Shown piece after piece: positions 8,785 through 18,959 of a DNA stretch of 64,000 nt. Location of the stretch: positions 75,865 through 139,864 of the forward strand of contig JASFQK010000016.1 in assembly GCA_050115495.1 (NCBI GenBank), read 5' to 3'. Positions within the stretch are counted from its first letter, which is position 1, and each line of letters starts with the position of its first letter. The notes beneath the pieces were generated by a model that saw nothing but the letters and a program-made list of their open reading frames with translations, ran no database searches and was not told the origin of the DNA. The translations under genes were made by a program, and so were the position numbers. Source of the DNA: Phycisphaerae bacterium. GTDB taxonomy: Bacteria > Planctomycetota > Phycisphaerae > UBA1845 > Fen-1342.

Positions 8785-10116
8785 TTACGGCTGCGGCCCG
8801 ACTTCGCGCTCGTTGAGTGGGGGGAACTTCAGCGGGGCGGGGAGCTGGACGGCGAGGACGCGGGCCAGGTACGTCATCTTGACCGGGCCGAAACGGCCGG
8901 TGATCGTGCCGTTGGCGCGAATCCTGCTGCGGATCGTCGCCGCCGAGTAGGCAGTGTCGTCGACGAGGATGCACAACGGTTTGCCGATGTTTCTCCTGGT
9001 CAGCTCTTCGAAGAGGGCTCCGCCGGCCTCGTCCAACTCGAAGTTGACGCACGGCTCTCCGCTCGTGTCGCGGTCGACCTCCGCCTCCAATACCCGCCAG
9101 GGCCGGCCCTCGGCCAGCAGACCCTGGTCGGGCGCGAGATAAGCGAGAACGTAGTAGTCATCGGCTACGTGGTCGGCCACGTAGGTGGTGTTCTGTTGGG
9201 GGTCGAAGCGGGCCAGTGCGTCGGGGCCGTCGAGGTCGAAGAAGGAGATGACGTCTTCGACCCGGAACCAGCCAAACTCGTCGCCCGGCGCGGGCTGGGG
9301 GCCGTCGTCGTGGAGCCGGCGGCGGTAGGAGTCGTATTGCGTGGGATTGTCGAACGCCCGCTGGGCCAGGATGCGGAATTCGAGGACGCCGAGGCCCTCC
9401 AGCATCGGCTTGATGATGGCCGGGTCGTCGCAGTACAGGGCGGCGCCCTTCTCCATCCAGGCTTCATGGCGGGTGACGACGTCGTCGATCTGCTGTTTGA
9501 CGTGCGGGAATCGCTTCCGCAGGTCGGCGAGGTATTCCTTGCGGTCGTGTGAACTGGGCTCGGTGGTTTCCAGCATGAAGACCAGATCCTCGATGGGCAG
9601 ATTGGTGGCGAGGACGTCGCCGAGTCCGTGGTGATACGCCGGATCGAAGCCGTTTTCCTTCCAGGCGTCGTAGGCGGTGGCGAGTCTGGTGAGGGCGGCC
9701 TTGCGGGTCGGGTGGCTGCGGACGAGCTGGTCGAGGGCGGCCTTGCGACCGTTGAGTTTCGTCAGCGTGAAGAGGAGTTCGTCTTCCGTCACGTTGGTGG
9801 CGGCCAGCTTGGCGATACTCTCGTCGACGGCCCGGCTGAGGATCTGGACGTCCTCGGGCGCGTGCTGCACACGGATTTCGATCTGGTCGCGGGCGAGCGG
9901 CGTGCAGACGACGCCGAAACGCTCGTCGGGATCGAGACGCTTCAGGACCGCTGCGGCGACTTCGGCGGACACGTCCCGGTCGGCCGGCAGGTCCGACGTG
10001 TCGATGGCGAAGACGAACGCGGTGTAGCCGGTCTTCTCCAGGCTGGGACGGCTGCTGCAGCCCACCAGCAGCACCAGGATGCCAAGCAGGACGGTTGCTG
10101 ACGAGTATTTGGGCAT
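8785..10116 (-). CDS. Lipoprotein consisting of a SecD-like periplasmic P1 domain (paralog 1)
   Basis: ATG 10116 (MPKYSS...LVGC lipobox) after GGAGAGG. Carries GEPCVNFELDEAGGALFEELT...LCILVDD.AYSAATIRS and ends LPAPLKFPPLNEREVGPQP. Confidence 0.8.
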   Translation of the reverse strand: MPKYSSATVLLGILVLLVGCSSRPSLEKTGYTAFVFAIDTSDLPADRDVSAEVAAAVLKRLDPDERFGVVCTPLARDQIEIRVQHAPEDVQILSRAVDESIAKLAATNVTEDELLFTLTKLNGRKAALDQLVRSHPTRKAALTRLATAYDAWKENGFDPAYHHGLGDVLATNLPIEDLVFMLETTEPSSHDRKEYLADLRKRFPHVKQQIDDVVTRHEAWMEKGAALYCDDPAIIKPMLEGLGVLEFRILAQRAFDNPTQYDSYRRRLHDDGPQPAPGDEFGWFRVEDVISFFDLDGPDALARFDPQQNTTYVADHVADDYYVLAYLAPDQGLLAEGRPWRVLEAEVDRDTSGEPCVNFELDEAGGALFEELTRRNIGKPLCILVDDTAYSAATIRSRIRANGTITGRFGPVKMTYLARVLAVQLPAPLKFPPLNEREVGPQP

Positions 10117-10316
10117 GTGCCTCTCCCGGTCGCGAGTCCATGTGCGGGTAGCGCCCCACAGCCTGCTACGATACGACATGACCGCGGCGAGGACAAGCGC
10201 GGGGCGGGGTGGGCTGGACGGGACAACGGGCTGAGGGGACACTGAAGGGGAGCGCTTGCGAATTCGGTTGGAGGCGGCGGATCGTCGGGAAGAGCTGTAC
10301 GGAAGGGGTAGAACGG

Positions 10317-11558
10317 GTGGTCACGGAAACGTACAAGCCGGCGGGGTATTGCCCGAAGTGTGGGTATGCCATGGATGTCGGGAAGTGCCCGGAGTGTGGT
10401 ACCGAGGTGACGGCTCGCACGCTGGCGAAGCGGCCGCGGGGCTACCGGCGCCGGCGGGTCATTCGCTGGACCGTGATCGTGGTGGCGCTGATCGGCGTTC
10501 CATATGGCGGGTACCGCTTCTGGCGAGATGTGAACTGGCCGGCGTGGTTGCCCAACAACGTGCTGATGTGGGGGATGACGTGGGGATCCGACCGGATTGA
10601 CGGGGAGCTGTTGCGGCGATGCAAGAACCAGACGCTGAGCGAAGACGAGATTCGCCGCATCTACGATTACGCGTACGAGCCTCGGCTCGTGTATCCCGAG
10701 GAAATTCCGGCCGGAACCGCCGTCCCGGCGATGGTGCAACTTCGGTGGCGCGGCGTGCTCCGGCGAGTGGTGTACGGGTACAATTATGGCTGCATGGGAC
10801 GCGATACGTGGGAGATCCGCATCGGGGACTGCACGGTCAGCGTGCCGGACCGTCCGTCGTCTTTCGCGGGCGATGAGCAGGGTGAACGGGTCTTCTTTGA
10901 CATCCCCCCGCTGCCGCCGGGCGAGCGTACCGTAACCACGCGGGGCTGCTTCTGGGAGGTGGATCTGACGAGACAAGCGCGTCAGCCGGGGCCGAAGCGG
11001 GAGTTCGACCTGGCCGGCTCACTGCGCGTGACAGATCGCCCGATGGACGACTATGTGAAAGACGTATGGGAGCCGGCACTTGCGGGTGTCGTGAAGGCCA
11101 AGGTGTTGGCCCACGTGTACGTGAGTGTGGCGTCGGATCCGTCAGTCACCGTCCATTTCGCCGACTTGCCGTTTCCATACGCTTTCGAAGTGTACATGCG
11201 GGTAAGCGGGCAGGAGGAATACGAAGCGGTCGACGGCGGGTTTGGATTGCCCTACCGATGGGCGGTGGGCGACGGAGCTAACTGGGGTGCGCAGTTCCCG
11301 CTCGGTTCGGACTTGGTGACGGACGAGGGGGCGACGATCGACATGCAACTGAGACCATCGCGAGCGCTCGCCCTATCGCGCGGCTTTGACGCGTGCTTCG
11401 GCGGCGTGATCGAGTGGCTCGGTCTGCAGCCGGGAAGGAGGCAGGACTACATCTTCATGCGGCGGCCCGATGGGACATTCGGGCCTGTCCTGGAGCCCGC
11501 TCCAAGCGTGCTGCCGGTGGCGCCGACGCGCGTGTTTCGGTGGGAGGGTGGCGACTGA
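10317..11558 (+). CDS. Zinc-ribbon + single-TM hypothetical protein, tandem copy C1
   Basis: GTG start aligned to the paralogs. CPKCGYAMDVGKCPECG, Arg-rich segment, TM helix and C-terminal PTRVFRWEGGD. Confidence 0.8.
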   Translation: MVTETYKPAGYCPKCGYAMDVGKCPECGTEVTARTLAKRPRGYRRRRVIRWTVIVVALIGVPYGGYRFWRDVNWPAWLPNNVLMWGMTWGSDRIDGELLRRCKNQTLSEDEIRRIYDYAYEPRLVYPEEIPAGTAVPAMVQLRWRGVLRRVVYGYNYGCMGRDTWEIRIGDCTVSVPDRPSSFAGDEQGERVFFDIPPLPPGERTVTTRGCFWEVDLTRQARQPGPKREFDLAGSLRVTDRPMDDYVKDVWEPALAGVVKAKVLAHVYVSVASDPSVTVHFADLPFPYAFEVYMRVSGQEEYEAVDGGFGLPYRWAVGDGANWGAQFPLGSDLVTDEGATIDMQLRPSRALALSRGFDACFGGVIEWLGLQPGRRQDYIFMRRPDGTFGPVLEPAPSVLPVAPTRVFRWEGGD

Positions 11559-11606
11559 TGATGTGCAGATGTTCGCGGCGAACGGCTGGACTGAAGGGGT
11601 GAGTGG

Positions 11607-12848
11607 ATGTCCACGGCGACGTACAAGCCGGCGGGGTATTGCCCGAAGTGCGGGTATGCCATGGATGTCGGGCAGTGCCCGGAGTGTGGAGCGGAAGTGA
11701 CGGCTCGCACGCTGGCGAAGCGGCCGCGGGGCTATTGGCGGCGGCGGGTCATTCGCTGGGGGGTGATCCTGGCGTTGTTGACCGGGATCCCGTATGGGGC
11801 GTATCGCTTCTGGCGCGATGTGAACTGGGCGCCGTGGTTGCCGAACGACGTGCTCCTGTGGGGGATGACGTGGGAATCCGACCGGATTGACGGGGAGCTG
11901 TTGCGGCGCTGTGCGCAGCATACGCTCAGCGAGGAAGAGCTGCAGCGCATTTGGGATTACGGATACGAGCCGCTGCTGGTGTGTCCGGAAGAGGTTCCCG
12001 CAGGCGTCGCTGTCCCGGCGAAGGTGTACCTTCGCTGGCGCGGCCTCTTCCGCGAGGCCATACGCCACCGAGTGCACGGGCTGACGGACCGCGACACATG
12101 GCAGATCCAGATCGGTGAGCATTCGATTAGCGTATCGGACCGCCCATGGTCCTGGTCTGGTGACGAGTGGGGTGACGGAGTCCTGTTCGACCTCCCGGCG
12201 CTCTCCGCGGGCGAACGGACCATCACGGTGCAGGGGTATTTCTGGGATGATGAGCCGGTGGTCCCGGGGCTGCCGCCGGGACCGAAGCGACGCCTCGATC
12301 TGACCATGTCGTTGCGCGTGACGGACCGGCCGATGGACGATTACGTGGAGGATATCTGGGAGCCGGCACTGGCGGACGTCGCGAAGGCCCAGGTGTCTGC
12401 CCAGGTGTACGTGCATGAGAGACAGGATCCGTCACTCTACATCGAGTTCGCCGAGCTGCCGTTCCCGTACGCGTTCGAAGTGTACATGCGCGCGAGCGGG
12501 CAAGAGGCATACGAGGCAGTCGACGGTGCGTTTAGATTGCCGGAGCGATGGACGGTGGACGAGGGGGTCAACTGGGGCGTGGAGTTCTCGCTCGGGTCGG
12601 ATGTAGCGACGGATGAGGGGGCGACAATCGACATACAACTGAGACCCTCGCGAGCGCTTGCCCTTTCACGCGGCCTCGACGCGTGCTTCGGCGGCGTGAT
12701 CGAGTGGCTGGGTCTGCAGCCGGGAGAGAGGCCGGACTTCATCCCCGTCGTGCGGCCGGACTTGACGCTCGGCCTTGCTCCGGAGTCTGCTCCAAGCGTG
12801 CTGCTGGCGGCGCCGACGCGCGTGTTTCGGTGGGAGGATGGTGACTGA
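11607..12848 (+). CDS. Zinc-ribbon + single-TM hypothetical protein, tandem copy C2
   Basis: Clear paralog of C1 and C3 over its full length. Confidence 0.85.
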   Translation: MSTATYKPAGYCPKCGYAMDVGQCPECGAEVTARTLAKRPRGYWRRRVIRWGVILALLTGIPYGAYRFWRDVNWAPWLPNDVLLWGMTWESDRIDGELLRRCAQHTLSEEELQRIWDYGYEPLLVCPEEVPAGVAVPAKVYLRWRGLFREAIRHRVHGLTDRDTWQIQIGEHSISVSDRPWSWSGDEWGDGVLFDLPALSAGERTITVQGYFWDDEPVVPGLPPGPKRRLDLTMSLRVTDRPMDDYVEDIWEPALADVAKAQVSAQVYVHERQDPSLYIEFAELPFPYAFEVYMRASGQEAYEAVDGAFRLPERWTVDEGVNWGVEFSLGSDVATDEGATIDIQLRPSRALALSRGLDACFGGVIEWLGLQPGERPDFIPVVRPDLTLGLAPESAPSVLLAAPTRVFRWEDGD

Positions 12849-12896
12849 TGATGTGCGGTTGTCTGCGGCGGACGGTTGGACTGAAGGGGTGAGTGG

Positions 12897-14141
12897 ATGT
12901 CCACGGAGACGTACAAGCCGGCGGGGTATTGCCCGAAGTGCGGGTACGCCATGGACGTCGGGCAGTGCCCGGAGTGTGGCGCCGAGGTGACGGCCCGGAC
13001 GCTGGCGAGGTGGCCGCGGGGCTATTGGCGCCGGCGGGTCATTCGCTGGGGCGTGATACTGGTGCTGCTGGTCGGCGTCTCGTACGGCGGGTATCGCCTC
13101 TGGCGAAGTGGGAAGTGGGTACGATGGTTGCCGAACGACGTGCTCCTGTGGGGGATGACGTGGGAATCCGATCGCATCGACAAGGAGCTGTTACGACGAT
13201 GCGAGAACCAGACTTTGAGCGAGGATGAGATGCGGCGCGTCTTTGAGTTCGCTTACGAGCGACGGCTGGTATTCCCCCGCGAGATCCCGGCATGGACATC
13301 GGTGCCCGCGATGGTGGAGATCCGGTGGCGCGGTGTGTTGCGCCACGACGTGTACTGGGGAGACTTCGGCGATACGGCTCGTGATGCGTGGCGGATTCAG
13401 GTGGGAGAGCACACGTTTAATGTGCCGGGCAGTTGGCTCGGGCACAACTGCTACGAATTCGGATACGAAGTGTGGTTCGACCTGCCTCCGCTACCGCCAG
13501 GCCAAGAGATCATTACGGTTGACGGGGAGTTCTGGGAGGAGGAACCGCCGGTCAAGGGCCTGCCGGCGGGAACACGACTGCCTGTTCACCTGGCGGAACC
13601 GCTGCGCGTGGCAGATCGACGGATGGACGAGTACGTGACCGACGTGTGGGAGCCGGAGCTTGCAGAGAAGGCGGGGGCAGGCGTGTTGGCGGGGGCAGTT
13701 CGTTGGGAGGAATGCGCATGTTCGGAACTTGCCCTTGCGTTCACGCCTCTGCCGTTCTCGCGTGCCTTCGACGTCTACATACGCACGGACGGACAGGAGG
13801 AGTATGAGGCGCTGGAGGACGCGTTTGGACTACCGGAGCGAGTGGCGGTGGAGCGGGGCTGCTATGGCCGCATCTGCGTCTTGTTGCCGTGGAAAGGTCC
13901 GGTGGCTGATGCCAAGACGGTGGATGTGCAGTTGCGGCCGTCGCGAGCAGTCGCTCTGTTTTACGGGTACGACGCCTGCTTCGGCGGCGTGATTGAGTGG
14001 CTCGACCTGCCGTTGCGCGATGAGCCGTCGGTCGTCAATGTGTCGATTTCGACTTGGGTGTCGGTATATGACACGTCGTACTGTGAAGTTGAGGAGGTCG
14101 ACCCGCCGACGCGCGTGTTTCGGTGGGAGGGGGACGAGTGA
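12897..14141 (+). CDS. Zinc-ribbon + single-TM hypothetical protein, tandem copy C3
   Basis: Clear paralog of C1 and C2, with a more divergent C-terminal half. Confidence 0.85.
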   Translation: MSTETYKPAGYCPKCGYAMDVGQCPECGAEVTARTLARWPRGYWRRRVIRWGVILVLLVGVSYGGYRLWRSGKWVRWLPNDVLLWGMTWESDRIDKELLRRCENQTLSEDEMRRVFEFAYERRLVFPREIPAWTSVPAMVEIRWRGVLRHDVYWGDFGDTARDAWRIQVGEHTFNVPGSWLGHNCYEFGYEVWFDLPPLPPGQEIITVDGEFWEEEPPVKGLPAGTRLPVHLAEPLRVADRRMDEYVTDVWEPELAEKAGAGVLAGAVRWEECACSELALAFTPLPFSRAFDVYIRTDGQEEYEALEDAFGLPERVAVERGCYGRICVLLPWKGPVADAKTVDVQLRPSRAVALFYGYDACFGGVIEWLDLPLRDEPSVVNVSISTWVSVYDTSYCEVEEVDPPTRVFRWEGDE

Positions 14142-14216
14142 TCGTCGGCGGTGGGCTGGTGTCGGCGGGGGTGGTGCTGTGGTCGAGCTGTTGGCGTGGC
14201 GCGGCGTGAGGTGGTG

Positions 14217-14711
14217 ATGAGCGGATTCTGGCGGATTCTGCTGCGAATTGTCTTCGTGTACGCGTGCTGGCTGGGGATGATGGCCACGCACGAGGCGGGG
14301 CACGTGCTGCATGCGTACGCCGCCGGCGGGCGGGTGGCTCGCGTGATCGTGCCGTGGGTGGGGTTCTCGCGGACGGATCTGGCGGAGAACCCGCATCCGC
14401 ACTTCGTGGCGTGGGGCGGAGCGGTGTGGGGCTGCCTGATCCCGCTGGGGCTGCTGGCCGTGGCGGCGGCGCTGCGGTTTCGCCGAGTGGCGTGGGTGCA
14501 GTTCTTCGCGGGGTTCTGCCTGGTGGCGAACGGGACGTACTTGGCCACCGGCTCGGCGATCGACGCCGGCGATTGCGACGATCTGATGCGCTGCGGAACG
14601 CCGCGGTGGCTGCTGGTCGCCGTAGGCACGCCGCTGGCGGCGTCGGGGTTGTATTTGTGGCATCGATTGGGTTTGCGGGCGGTGGAGGACGGAACGGAGG
14701 CTCGGCAGTGA
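14217..14711 (+). CDS. Small membrane metallopeptidase-like protein (M50/M50B-like)
   Basis: HEAGH (HExxH) in or near a TM helix, several hydrophobic segments and a late D (AGDCDDL). GAGGTG RBS. Confidence 0.65.
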   Translation: MSGFWRILLRIVFVYACWLGMMATHEAGHVLHAYAAGGRVARVIVPWVGFSRTDLAENPHPHFVAWGGAVWGCLIPLGLLAVAAALRFRRVAWVQFFAGFCLVANGTYLATGSAIDAGDCDDLMRCGTPRWLLVAVGTPLAASGLYLWHRLGLRAVEDGTEARQ

Positions 14712-14794
14712 GGGTCAGAGGGTCAGAGGAGCAAAGGGTGGCGGAGGATTCCGCCCTGCACTTTGCCCCTCTGCTCCTTTGATCCTATGTTCCT
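14711..14794. repeat. Palindromic element with 8-bp sub-repeats, copy 1
   Basis: (GGnnCARA)n arm, core GGGTGGCGGAGGATTCCGCCC, then complementary (CTTTGnnC)n arm. Confidence 0.8.
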
Positions 14795-14859
14795 CGTAGG
14801 GGCACAGGCGTCTGAGCGGGCGGCGCGGTCCAGAGCAGCGTGCCGGCCGCAACCGGGCG

Positions 14860-15822
14860 GTGTTTGAGCGGTACGATAGGGTGGTGGTTGAGTGGCGGTC
14901 TCGGCGGGGTGCCGGCGTGCGGTGGATTTGTCGCGAGTGTCGATATGACGTGCGGACGCAGGCCGAGCAGGCGCAGGCCCAGGGTGCGGACTCGTTGACG
15001 TGCCCGGAGTGCGGGCAGGTGTGGCCGCTGGCGGATTTCGAGGACGTTCCGACCGTCGCCGAGTATTGCCCGGCCCGCTGGCTGCTGCCGGTGATGCTCG
15101 TCGAAACGGTGCTGATGGCGATGCCCGCGGGGCACGCCAGACGGTGGAACCCGTCGCCGGAGACGACCAGTCGGCGGGCGAGCTTCATGTTCGTGACCAT
15201 CCTCGTCGAGCAGGTGCTCGTGCTGTTCCTGTTCGGCATGGTGCCGATCGTGGCCGTCGCGACCGAGACCGACGAGCTGTACTGGTTTCGGGCAGACAAC
15301 TTCCTTCCGATCCTGGCGTGTGGGCGATCCGTCGGCTATGCGTTCGAGGAAGGGCTGTGGCGCAATGTGCTGCTGCTGTGCACGGCGTTTGCGCCGGCGA
15401 CGCTCGTGTTGGCGGCGGCGTTTCACAGGATCGAGTTCGCGCGGGAGGGCTGGCGCGAGGCCCGATGGGTGCACGCCGTTCGCCGGTGCTTCGCGGCGAC
15501 CGCGCCTGGGATCCTCCTGCTGGGCGGGTACGCGCTGCCGTCGATCATGCTGGTGGGGATAGAGCCGGTCGGCCCCCTGGTCTGTACCTGGGCGCCGTGG
15601 TTGATGCTGTTCGGCGCCTTGGTTTGCGTGGCGAGCCTGACACGAACGGGTTGGATCGACTGGGGATGGTGGGGCGCGGTGCGGTACACGGGCTATGGCA
15701 TCATCGCCTTCGGCCTTAGCGTTGGTTGGGTCGTCGGCGGGAGCCTGCTGCTGACGGGGGAGCCGCTGGATGTGTTTGACTATTTCGACTTGTTCTTGCG
15801 TGAACTACTTGAGCTTTGGTGA
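14860..15822 (+). CDS. Zinc-ribbon polytopic membrane protein (start uncertain, possibly GTG 14917)
   Basis: CRECRYDV...TCPECG followed by about 5 hydrophobic helices. Confidence 0.65.
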   Translation: MFERYDRVVVEWRSRRGAGVRWICRECRYDVRTQAEQAQAQGADSLTCPECGQVWPLADFEDVPTVAEYCPARWLLPVMLVETVLMAMPAGHARRWNPSPETTSRRASFMFVTILVEQVLVLFLFGMVPIVAVATETDELYWFRADNFLPILACGRSVGYAFEEGLWRNVLLLCTAFAPATLVLAAAFHRIEFAREGWREARWVHAVRRCFAATAPGILLLGGYALPSIMLVGIEPVGPLVCTWAPWLMLFGALVCVASLTRTGWIDWGWWGAVRYTGYGIIAFGLSVGWVVGGSLLLTGEPLDVFDYFDLFLRELLELW

Positions 15823-15826
15823 GGTG

Positions 15827-15950
15827 AGGGGCAGAGGGGTGAAGGGGCAGAGGGTCGGAGGAGCAAAGGGGCAAAGGATCAAAGGAACAAAGGGTGGCGG
15901 CGGATTCCGCCCTTCACTTTGCTCCTCTGATCCTTTGATCCTATGTTCCT
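15827..15950. repeat. Palindromic element with 8-bp sub-repeats, copy 2 (expanded left arm)
   Basis: Same core GGGTGGCGGCGGATTCCGCCC and same right arm ...CCTTTGATCCTATGTTCCT as 14711-14794. Confidence 0.8.
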
Positions 15951-15994
15951 TGGAGGGGCAACGTGTGAGGCGTGCGGACGTCTGAGCCAACGGC

Positions 15995-18943
15995 TTACCC
16001 TTCCGCCGACAGCAACGGCGCGATGTGGTCGCGCAGTTGCTGGACGCGGTCGCGCAGGTCCTGGAGGGCGTGGGCCACGTTGGCGGTGGAGGCGTCATCG
16101 GCGCGGGCGAGGTGTTCGAGGATCTCCGCTGACCGGCGGGTGGATTCGGCGCAGATGTTCGAGGCGGCACCCTTCAGCGCGTGCGCGGCGACGCGCAGGC
16201 TGTTGGCGTCGCGGGCGGCGGCAGCCTCGTCGATGTGGCCGAGCATGTCGGGCAGGATGTCGTTGAATCGGCGGAGCAGACGGTCGAAGAGTTCCTGATC
16301 GCCGGCGAGATTGTCACAGGCCTGATCGACGTCGAGCACGGGGGCGTCGGGTGGTTCAGCAGGCTCACTGGTTGCGGCCGGTTCGACGGCGGGAGCGGGG
16401 TCGGCGGCACTCGTCGGCTCGGACGCCGGGGCAGGGCTGCCAACCGCGGCCGGTGTTTCCACGGGGGTGGCGGCCGCCCAGCGGGCGAGAACCCGGCGTA
16501 GCGTACGAGCCTTGACCGGCTTGGCGACGTAATCGTCCATGCCGGCCTCCAGGCATTGCTCGCGGTCCTCCTTCATGGCGGCGGCGGTGAGGGCGACGAT
16601 CGGCGTGCGGCGGCCGCCGGCCCGCTCACGCTCGCGGATCACGAGCGTGGCCTCGACGCCGCCCATGTCCGGCATCTGCACGTCCATGAGGATCACGTCG
16701 AAGGGCGGTTCGTCCGCGCGGGCGAGGATGTTCAGGGCGGCCTGGCCGTCGCCGGCAACGACGACGGTGTGGCCGTCGGCTTCGAGAAGAGCGACGGCGA
16801 CCTCCTGGTTCACGGGGTTGTCCTCGGCCAGCAGGATGCGCAGCGGGCGCGTGGGGCCTTCGTCCGCCGCGGACGGGGCGGTGAGCAGTTCGTCGCTGAG
16901 CTGGGCTGCGCCCGTGCTGGTGACGATCGCGTCCAGCAGCTCCGACGGCGTCACCGGGCTGAGCAGGTAGCCGGAGATCAGGGAGGCGGCATCACCCTCG
17001 GCGTCGCTCGGCGGCTCACCGCAGGACAACACCAGGATCTTGGTGCCGTCGAGCACGCGGTGGCGGCGGATGCGGCGGACGAGCTCCGTACCGGAGAGAT
17101 CGTGCAGGCGGATGTCGATCAGGGCGAAGGGATAGGGGCGGCCCCCGGCCGCCCCGCGGAGGAGGATATCAGTTGCCGAGCGGGCGTCCGGTACCGCCAT
17201 CGGCCGCATGCCCCACGTGGCGAGCATCTCCGTCAGCACCTGGCGGCGCGTGGTATTGCTGTCGGCGACCAGGACGGGCAGGCCGGCCAGGTCGGTGGGA
17301 GCCGGCGGCGGCGGCAGGCCGACGCCTCTCTGGAAACGGGCCGTGAAGTGGAACGTGCTGCCCTGGCCCTGGACGCTCTCGACCCAGATGCGACCGCCGA
17401 GCATGCCGACGAGCCGGCGGCAAATGGCCAGACCCAGCCCGGTGCCGCCGTAGTTACGCGTCGTGGAGCTGTCGGCCTGGGCGAAGGCCTCGAAGATCAG
17501 GGCCTGCTTGTCCGGGGCGATGCCGACGCCGGTGTCGCGGACGGCGAAGTGCAGTTGCGACTCGCCGCCACGTTGTGCGTCCAACTCGACGTGGACGACG
17601 ACCTCGCCGCGCTGCGTGAATTTGACGGCGTTGCCGACGAGGTTGAGGATCACCTGGCGGAGGCGGCCGACGTCGCCGAGCAGGGCGTTGGGCACGTTGG
17701 GGGCCACGTGGACGATGAGCTCGACGCCCTTGTTCTGGGCGGCCATGGCGCACGTGCGAACGGCCTCGACGACGCAGGCCCGCAGGTCGAAATCCACGGA
17801 GTCGAGCTCGATCTTGCCCGATTCGATCTTCGACAGGTCGAGCACGTCGTTGATGATGGCCAGCAATGAGTCGGTGGAGCGCTGGATCATGCGGACGTAA
17901 CGGCGCTGCTCGGCGGTGAGGTCGCTGCGTTGCAGCAGATCGACGACGCCGATGATGCCGTTCATCGGCGTGCGGATTTCGTGGCTCATGTTGGCCAGGA
18001 ACTCACTCTTGGCCCGGTTGGCCGATTCCGTTTTCGAGCGGGCCGCCTCGAGTTCTTCTAGCACCGCTTCAAGCCGGGCCGCGGCACTCTTTTCCCGCTT
18101 GAGGGCCTCGGCGAACATGGCGTTGCTGCGACGGAGCTGCTCCTCGGCATGCTTGCGGGCGCTGATGTCGACGAAGCTCTCCAGCACGTGCGTGCGCCCG
18201 TTGAGCGAGATCGCCGCGGCGGTTTTCAGTACGGCGACACTGCGGCCGTCGGCGGTTCGCAGCGAGCACTCGGTGTTCTCGATTCTGTGGTGCAGGTCCA
18301 GGACGGGGCACTTTCCGCTGCGGGCGACGCAGATGCAGTCGCGGCACAACCGGCCGATGATCTCCTCGCGCGGCGCCCCGATCATTCGGACGGCGGCAGT
18401 GTTGGCCTCGACGATCTCGTGGCTCTCGGCTTCGATCATCACGACCGCCGCCGGGACCGCCTCGAAGATCGCCTGCAGGCGATGTTCGTTCTCGCGCAGC
18501 GCCGCAGCAGATTCCTCCGCCGCGTGCCGGGCTTCCTCGAGGCGGGCGTTCATCTCCTGGAGGGCGTCGCGGGCGTTCTTGACGCGGACGGCCGAGCGGA
18601 TCCGGGCGGAGACGATCGGCCAGTCAGGAGGTTTGGTCACGTAGTCGTGGGCGCCGGCGTCGAGGCCGGCGACGACGTCCGCCTCCCCGCCAAGCCCGGA
18701 AATCAGCACGACGGGAATGGCCGCCAGCTCGGGGTCCGCATTGATTCGTCGGCAGAGCTCGATGCCGTCCATGCCCGGCATGACCATGTCGGAGAGGATG
18801 ACGTCCGGTGACGTGGTCCGGGCCGCGGCGAGGGCTTCGGCGGCGCTGTCGAAGCAGATGACGTCGTGCCCGTCGTGCCGCAACTGGCGGGAGAGGGCGG
18901 CGATCATCTCCGGGCAATCGTCGACCACGAGCAGCCTGGCCAC
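15995..18943 (-). CDS. Hybrid sensor histidine kinase (REC-PAS-HisKA-HATPase-REC-REC-Hpt)
   Basis: GTG after GAGGAGGAG. N-terminal REC, PAS with Cys cluster, [46 protein letters not shown] and AHALKG Hpt. Confidence 0.93.
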   Translation of the reverse strand: MARLLVVDDCPEMIAALSRQLRHDGHDVICFDSAAEALAAARTTSPDVILSDMVMPGMDGIELCRRINADPELAAIPVVLISGLGGEADVVAGLDAGAHDYVTKPPDWPIVSARIRSAVRVKNARDALQEMNARLEEARHAAEESAAALRENEHRLQAIFEAVPAAVVMIEAESHEIVEANTAAVRMIGAPREEIIGRLCRDCICVARSGKCPVLDLHHRIENTECSLRTADGRSVAVLKTAAAISLNGRTHVLESFVDISARKHAEEQLRRSNAMFAEALKREKSAAARLEAVLEELEAARSKTESANRAKSEFLANMSHEIRTPMNGIIGVVDLLQRSDLTAEQRRYVRMIQRSTDSLLAIINDVLDLSKIESGKIELDSVDFDLRACVVEAVRTCAMAAQNKGVELIVHVAPNVPNALLGDVGRLRQVILNLVGNAVKFTQRGEVVVHVELDAQRGGESQLHFAVRDTGVGIAPDKQALIFEAFAQADSSTTRNYGGTGLGLAICRRLVGMLGGRIWVESVQGQGSTFHFTARFQRGVGLPPPPAPTDLAGLPVLVADSNTTRRQVLTEMLATWGMRPMAVPDARSATDILLRGAAGGRPYPFALIDIRLHDLSGTELVRRIRRHRVLDGTKILVLSCGEPPSDAEGDAASLISGYLLSPVTPSELLDAIVTSTGAAQLSDELLTAPSAADEGPTRPLRILLAEDNPVNQEVAVALLEADGHTVVVAGDGQAALNILARADEPPFDVILMDVQMPDMGGVEATLVIRERERAGGRRTPIVALTAAAMKEDREQCLEAGMDDYVAKPVKARTLRRVLARWAAATPVETPAAVGSPAPASEPTSAADPAPAVEPAATSEPAEPPDAPVLDVDQACDNLAGDQELFDRLLRRFNDILPDMLGHIDEAAAARDANSLRVAAHALKGAASNICAESTRRSAEILEHLARADDASTANVAHALQDLRDRVQQLRDHIAPLLSAEG

Positions 18944-18959
18944 GGGCGGTGCTCCTCCT

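Noticed and set aside
7390..10116. secD pseudogenes
   Set aside because: Both ORFs are intact, have lipoprotein signals, and end at the same domain boundary, so they were not labelled secD or pseudogene.
10317..14141. Diversity-generating retroelement targets
   Set aside because: No reverse transcriptase or template repeat is present. Differences are spread over all bases rather than being adenine-specific, and the C-termini are conserved.
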